DNA of 64,000 nucleotides from Guillardia theta CCMP2712 (Eukaryota; Protista; Cryptophyta): NCBI RefSeq assembly GCF_000315625.1, contig NW_005434633.1, positions 155,867 to 219,866 of the forward strand, read 5' to 3'. Shown piece by piece: positions 60,000 to 64,000 of this stretch (position 1 is its first letter; each line of letters starts with the position of its first letter). The notes under the pieces were generated by a model. It saw only the letters and a program-made list of their open reading frames with translations, ran no database searches and was not told where the DNA came from. The position numbers and the translations under genes were made by a program.

Positions 60000-62160
60000 C
60001 AAATCACTGGAGTATGCATTGAGAAGATGAGAGAGAATATTTCCTTGGAAGATTTACAGCAACATTCGACAAGTCAACGACCGGATCAGAACTTTCTCGC
60101 TCACTTTGCGAGTCACGGCATCTTCCAAGATGAATTCAATCGCGTCATAACCGATCGGACGCGGACCATTGGGCTGGAGGAAGCGAGCAGGTAGGGGAGG
60201 GGGGGAGTGGGGAAGACAGGGGAGAGGAGAGCAGAGTGGAGCATGATAATCTGATGCTCGTGCCTGCAGAGGGTTCAAGGAGGAGGAGAAGAACGAGGAG
60301 GGAGAGAAGGAGGAGAACGACGATGACGAGGAGATGGGAAGCGAGCAAGCGGCAGAGTCAGACACGCCCAAGTCGACGACGACAACGAAGAGGATGCGCA
60401 AGAAGCTCAAGAGGCTGAACGTGAACTTGTCAATGTGCAAGTACTCGGTGATCGAGAACTGCTGCAAGAGCCTTGGCTTCAAGATCACACAGAGTGAGAG
60501 CCAGTGGCATCTCTTCTGGACCGACATGAGCGTTGGGGAGGAGCGGTGCATGCGGCTGCGCCGGCCCCAGAAGTTGAACCACTTCCCCGGCATGCAGGAG
60601 ATCGCGCACAAGTGCAAGCTAGCGAAGAACTTGAACCGGATGCAGACGGAGCTGCCGGGCCTGTACAACTTCCACCCTGAGACCTTCTCTCTGCCCGTGG
60701 AGTTCAACGCGTTCCAGCGAGCTGCTCTCGGGGACGGGAAGGAGAAGAAGTCAAGGAAGACCTACATCGTGAAGCCTGATGACGGGGCGTGCGGGGTCGG
60801 GATCTTCTTGACGAGGAAGCCGTCGAGCATCCCGAGGAAGCTCTCGTGTGTGGCTCAGAGGTACATGGGGAAGCCGCTGCTGATCGAGGGGAAGAAGTTC
60901 GACCTGCGCCTGTACGTCCTGGTGACGAACATGGTGGAGCTGCGGGCGTATCTGTTCTCAGAGGGGCTGGCGAGGTTTGCGAGCGAGGCGTATGAGAAGA
61001 TCAGCACCGGGAACATGGACATGCGGTACATGCACCTGACCAACTACTCGGTGAACAAGCAGCACAAGGACTTCGAGACTGACGAGGAAGCGAACGCGAG
61101 CAAGGGGAGCAAGCGGAGCCTGGGGTTCGTGCGGTCATGGCTGAGAGCCAACGGGTACGACGTGAAGAAGATCTGGGAGGATATCGAGAGATGCATCGTC
61201 AAGACGCTGCTGGCAGTGCAGCCGCAGGTCGCGCACGCGTACAGGACCAGCATCGCGGGGAACCACGACAGCGTCGGTTTCTCCTGCTTCGACCTGCTGG
61301 GGTTCGACATCCTGCTCGACGAGGAAGGAAAGCCTTGGGTGATCGAAGTGAACGAGATGCCCTCCTTCGACACTGCCGCCCCCATCGACGAGGCCGTCAA
61401 GACGGCTGTGGTGACAGAGACGCTGCTCCTTGTGTGCCCGACACTGCAGGAGGTGCGGCTGCTGGCAGAGCTGCGGGAGACAAGCAGGAAGGGGAGCACG
61501 GGAATGCTGAACCCTGGGGGGCAGCAGATGGAGAAGGATGGGGTGGAGAAGGGACGAGAGGCAGAGGGGAGGAGGAAGGAGCTGGTGGAGCTGAGGAAGA
61601 GGCAGGAGGACTATCACAGGAGGTTCTTCCGGAGGATCCATCCTCTTACAAGCCCCGAGGAGGACGGAAGGTGGCTCGGGGACGAGCCCAAGGGAGGCAG
61701 AGGAGCAGCGAACGCGCTGGAGGGATTCGACTATGATTGGAGCTTCGTGGAGGTCGGGAAGGAGGAGGCGGAGCAGCGAGACGGAAGGCTGAGGAGGGAG
61801 TACGAGGAGTGCGCAAGGGTGGCGCATGGGATGTTCGCAAGCAGCGTGTGGGTGCGGGGAGGAAGGCAAGTAGAAGGCGAGCAGATGGTTCCGTTGAGAA
61901 CGAGGACGGCGAGCCTGCCGGGGAGAGGAGGAGAGGGGGAGGCAAAAGCTGCCGGCTCAAGGAAACAGGCAGGAGATGTGCTGCAGGCGTACAGAGTGTA
62001 TGCTGGGAACGCGCTACGGGGAGGAGGTGGAGGAGCGGGAGGAGGGAAGAACGTGCTGAGGAGCAGGCCACAGGAGGAGGCAAGAACGCGGATGCCCCCG
62101 GTGCCCGGGAACGAGGAGAAGAGAGCGAGGAGTGTGTTGGCTGGGATGAAGCTGAGATGA
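60000..62160 (+). CDS. Tubulin-tyrosine ligase-like protein, polyglutamylase type (TTLL6/7/13-like); 5' end uncertain
   Basis: QKLNHFPGMQEIAHK, YIVKPDDGACGVGIFL, GKKFDLRLYVLVT, EGLARFAS, MHLTNYSVNK, CFDLLGFDILLD, PWVIEVNEMPSF. The upstream exon joins in phase via intron ~60191-60269. Confidence 0.9.
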
Positions 62161-62235
62161 AGGAGGAGGAGGAGGAGGAGGAGGAGGAGGAGGAGGAGGA
62201 GGAGGAGGAGGAGGAGGAGGAGGAGGAGGAGGAGG
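62160..62235 (+). repeat. (GGA)n microsatellite immediately after the TTLL stop codon
   Basis: Perfect GAG/GGA run. Confidence 0.95.
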
Positions 62236-62749
62236 TGAAAACAACGCTGATCAGTTGAGGAGTGATAATAAGTTGAATTCGAGATCAATTCAATATATGT
62301 TTAATTCATTACTAGTCATTTCAATTCTCTTTGCTTCACTTCACAGTATATTCAACAAGGCACTGACGGACATCACTATCATCACGTGTAAAGAATACAA
62401 TCCAACCTCCCAGCACTGGCAGGGGTTTAACTCAGGGGGTTTAGTTTAGAGTTTAGCTTGCAGGTTTAGATCCATTCAAGTAGGCGTGGCAAACAGTCTC
62501 ATTCCTTGACTTTCTTTTTGAATCTTTTGATCCCAGAGACAGAGAGGAGACGGAGAAATAAACCTGACGCGATTGATGAGTCTCTTCCACATTCTCCTCC
62601 AGCACAAGACTCCACTTCATCGGAAACAAGGGGAAGAATCGAGCAGCAGAGGAGCGAAGAATGGCGAGAGGAGTGCAAGGGAAGATCAGAAAGAGAGTGG
62701 AGGGAGGGAGGAGGAGGCGGAGGAGGCGGTGGACTGGAGAGCATCTAAA

Positions 62750-64000
62750 CTTACCGAAATTCCTCGTCCCCTCTTTTCTTCTTGGCGCTCAATCCCAGTA
62801 GCTCATGCCACTCCCTCACGCTCGCCTGCAGCTCCTCCTCTCCCTCCCCATTCCTCCTATCGGCCTCGTGGCCGTTGATACCACCGTTCTCAACCTCCTC
62901 TCCGCTCTCACTCTCGTCCTCGTCCTCCGCTACCATTCTTGCATTCCTCGAATTCTTCAAGAACCTCTCTTCAAAATCTGCACCATCTCGATCAGACTTG
63001 GAACACGAGAGAGCGAAGAGGAACGGAGAACAAAAGCATCAAGTTGTCACTATCACTGTCACCTTTTCCTCCTTACACAATTCTCCCCATCCCCATCCTC
63101 ATCCCATCCTCATTCCCATCACACTTTTTCACCTCAATCACTTCATCATGCACTTCATCTCCACATCAATTTACCGTAGCTTTCCATTCGCTTCCTTATC
63201 CTGTTTGCAGAGTAGAACGAAGAGTTCTCCTCTTGACTTTCCTCGTCCTCCTCTAGCCTCCTGGCTGGGCAGTACCAGAATCCTCCTCCTCCCGACGACC
63301 TATCCCTTGCCCCTCCCTCCTCCTCTTCCGCTGCATCTGTCAAGATGTGGGTCGACGCGACGTCTACAAGACCGTGTCGTCTTGGCTGCAAGAGGAGTCA
63401 GAGCAGGAGGAAGAGGAAAATCCATCGAACCTTGTGGGCCTCCTTTGCATGTCCACTGTTAGCATGTCGAACGCTCTTCTCATGCCCATTTGCCAGTTTC
63501 CTCGCGCTAGTCAACGCCTTGTCTTCCCCACACTTCCTTTCGCTGCCTCTGCCTCTCTCCGCCTTCACCCGTCCATCGTGTTCGCTCTCCTCCTTCTCCT
63601 GTTCCTCCTCATCTCCAATCTCAACTCCAGCGATCGGCAGTATGCTCGCCTGCACTGTCAGCGAGGGGGTAACGTCGCAGTAGTGCTTCATGTACTCCAG
63701 CAGCGCCGCCTTCGCCTCCTCCCTCTCCATCATCTCTAGCCCGACCCATCGCTTCCAGCACATCCTCGCAAACATCCTCCACTTCGCGGGCTTCGCTTGC
63801 GTGCATCGCCCGACCGTCGCTCGGTGGTAGAGAGCGTGAGCCACAGCCTGCTGCTCCGTGCTCAGCCGTTGCGCCCGAACTTTTTCTGTCTGCTCCCACA
63901 TGCTGATGATCTCCAGCTCCTGCAACATCTCAAGAGCCGTCGGTCGATCGGAGGGAGCAGTCGACCAGCTCCTCCTGATCAGCTCGGCCAGCGGGGCCCC
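62750..64000 (-). CDS. 3' part of a probable protein kinase (TKL-like C-lobe end) with an acidic tail; gene continues beyond the window
   Basis: The window end translates PLAELIRRSWSTAPSDRPTALEMLQEL, resembling kinase subdomain XI (LIxxCWxxxPxxRP). Downstream exons are approximate. Confidence 0.5.

Noticed and set aside
62420-62470. GGGGTTTA/TTTAG telomere-like words
   Set aside because: Too few and too degenerate to call an interstitial telomeric array.
1-64000. tRNA, rRNA, transposase or reverse transcriptase genes
   Set aside because: None recognised by eye; tRNAscan-SE, Infernal and a repeat-protein search would be needed to exclude them.

Overview
Gene-dense eukaryotic nuclear DNA with many short (~45-90 nt) introns, some GC-AG or AAG-acceptor, and long microsatellites. 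These traits plus gene content suggest a cryptophyte alga (Guillardia-like); this is inference. Most ORF-track entries are exon fragments or shadows. Housekeeping genes reconstructed by eye: PNPOx-like FMN protein, centrin, CPSF30, RSL1D1-like, USP5/Ubp14, ARL2, metaxin, NhaC-family transporter, GM2-activator-like ML protein, BTB/KCTD, ankyrin protein, TTLL glutamylase and a partial kinase. The most notable region is a ~11.5 kb accessory island (47.3-58.9 kb) with two convergent, almost intronless ADP-ribosyltransferase genes from the two different ART clades. One is an R-S-E ART fused to a variable, mosaic 105-bp ankyrin array. The other is a coiled-coil/Ser-Thr kinase/tankyrase-like H-Y-E PARP fusion. 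Next come a tandem repeat and a TATA-driven 56-aa gene resembling cryptophyte ejectisome (Tri/ejectisin) proteins. Other oddities are a divergent twin 72-aa micro-gene pair in a ~550-bp inverted repeat, a giant repeat/EF-hand/vWA/SAM protein and a collagen-like protein. Exon boundaries are approximate unless stated, and no database searches were run.
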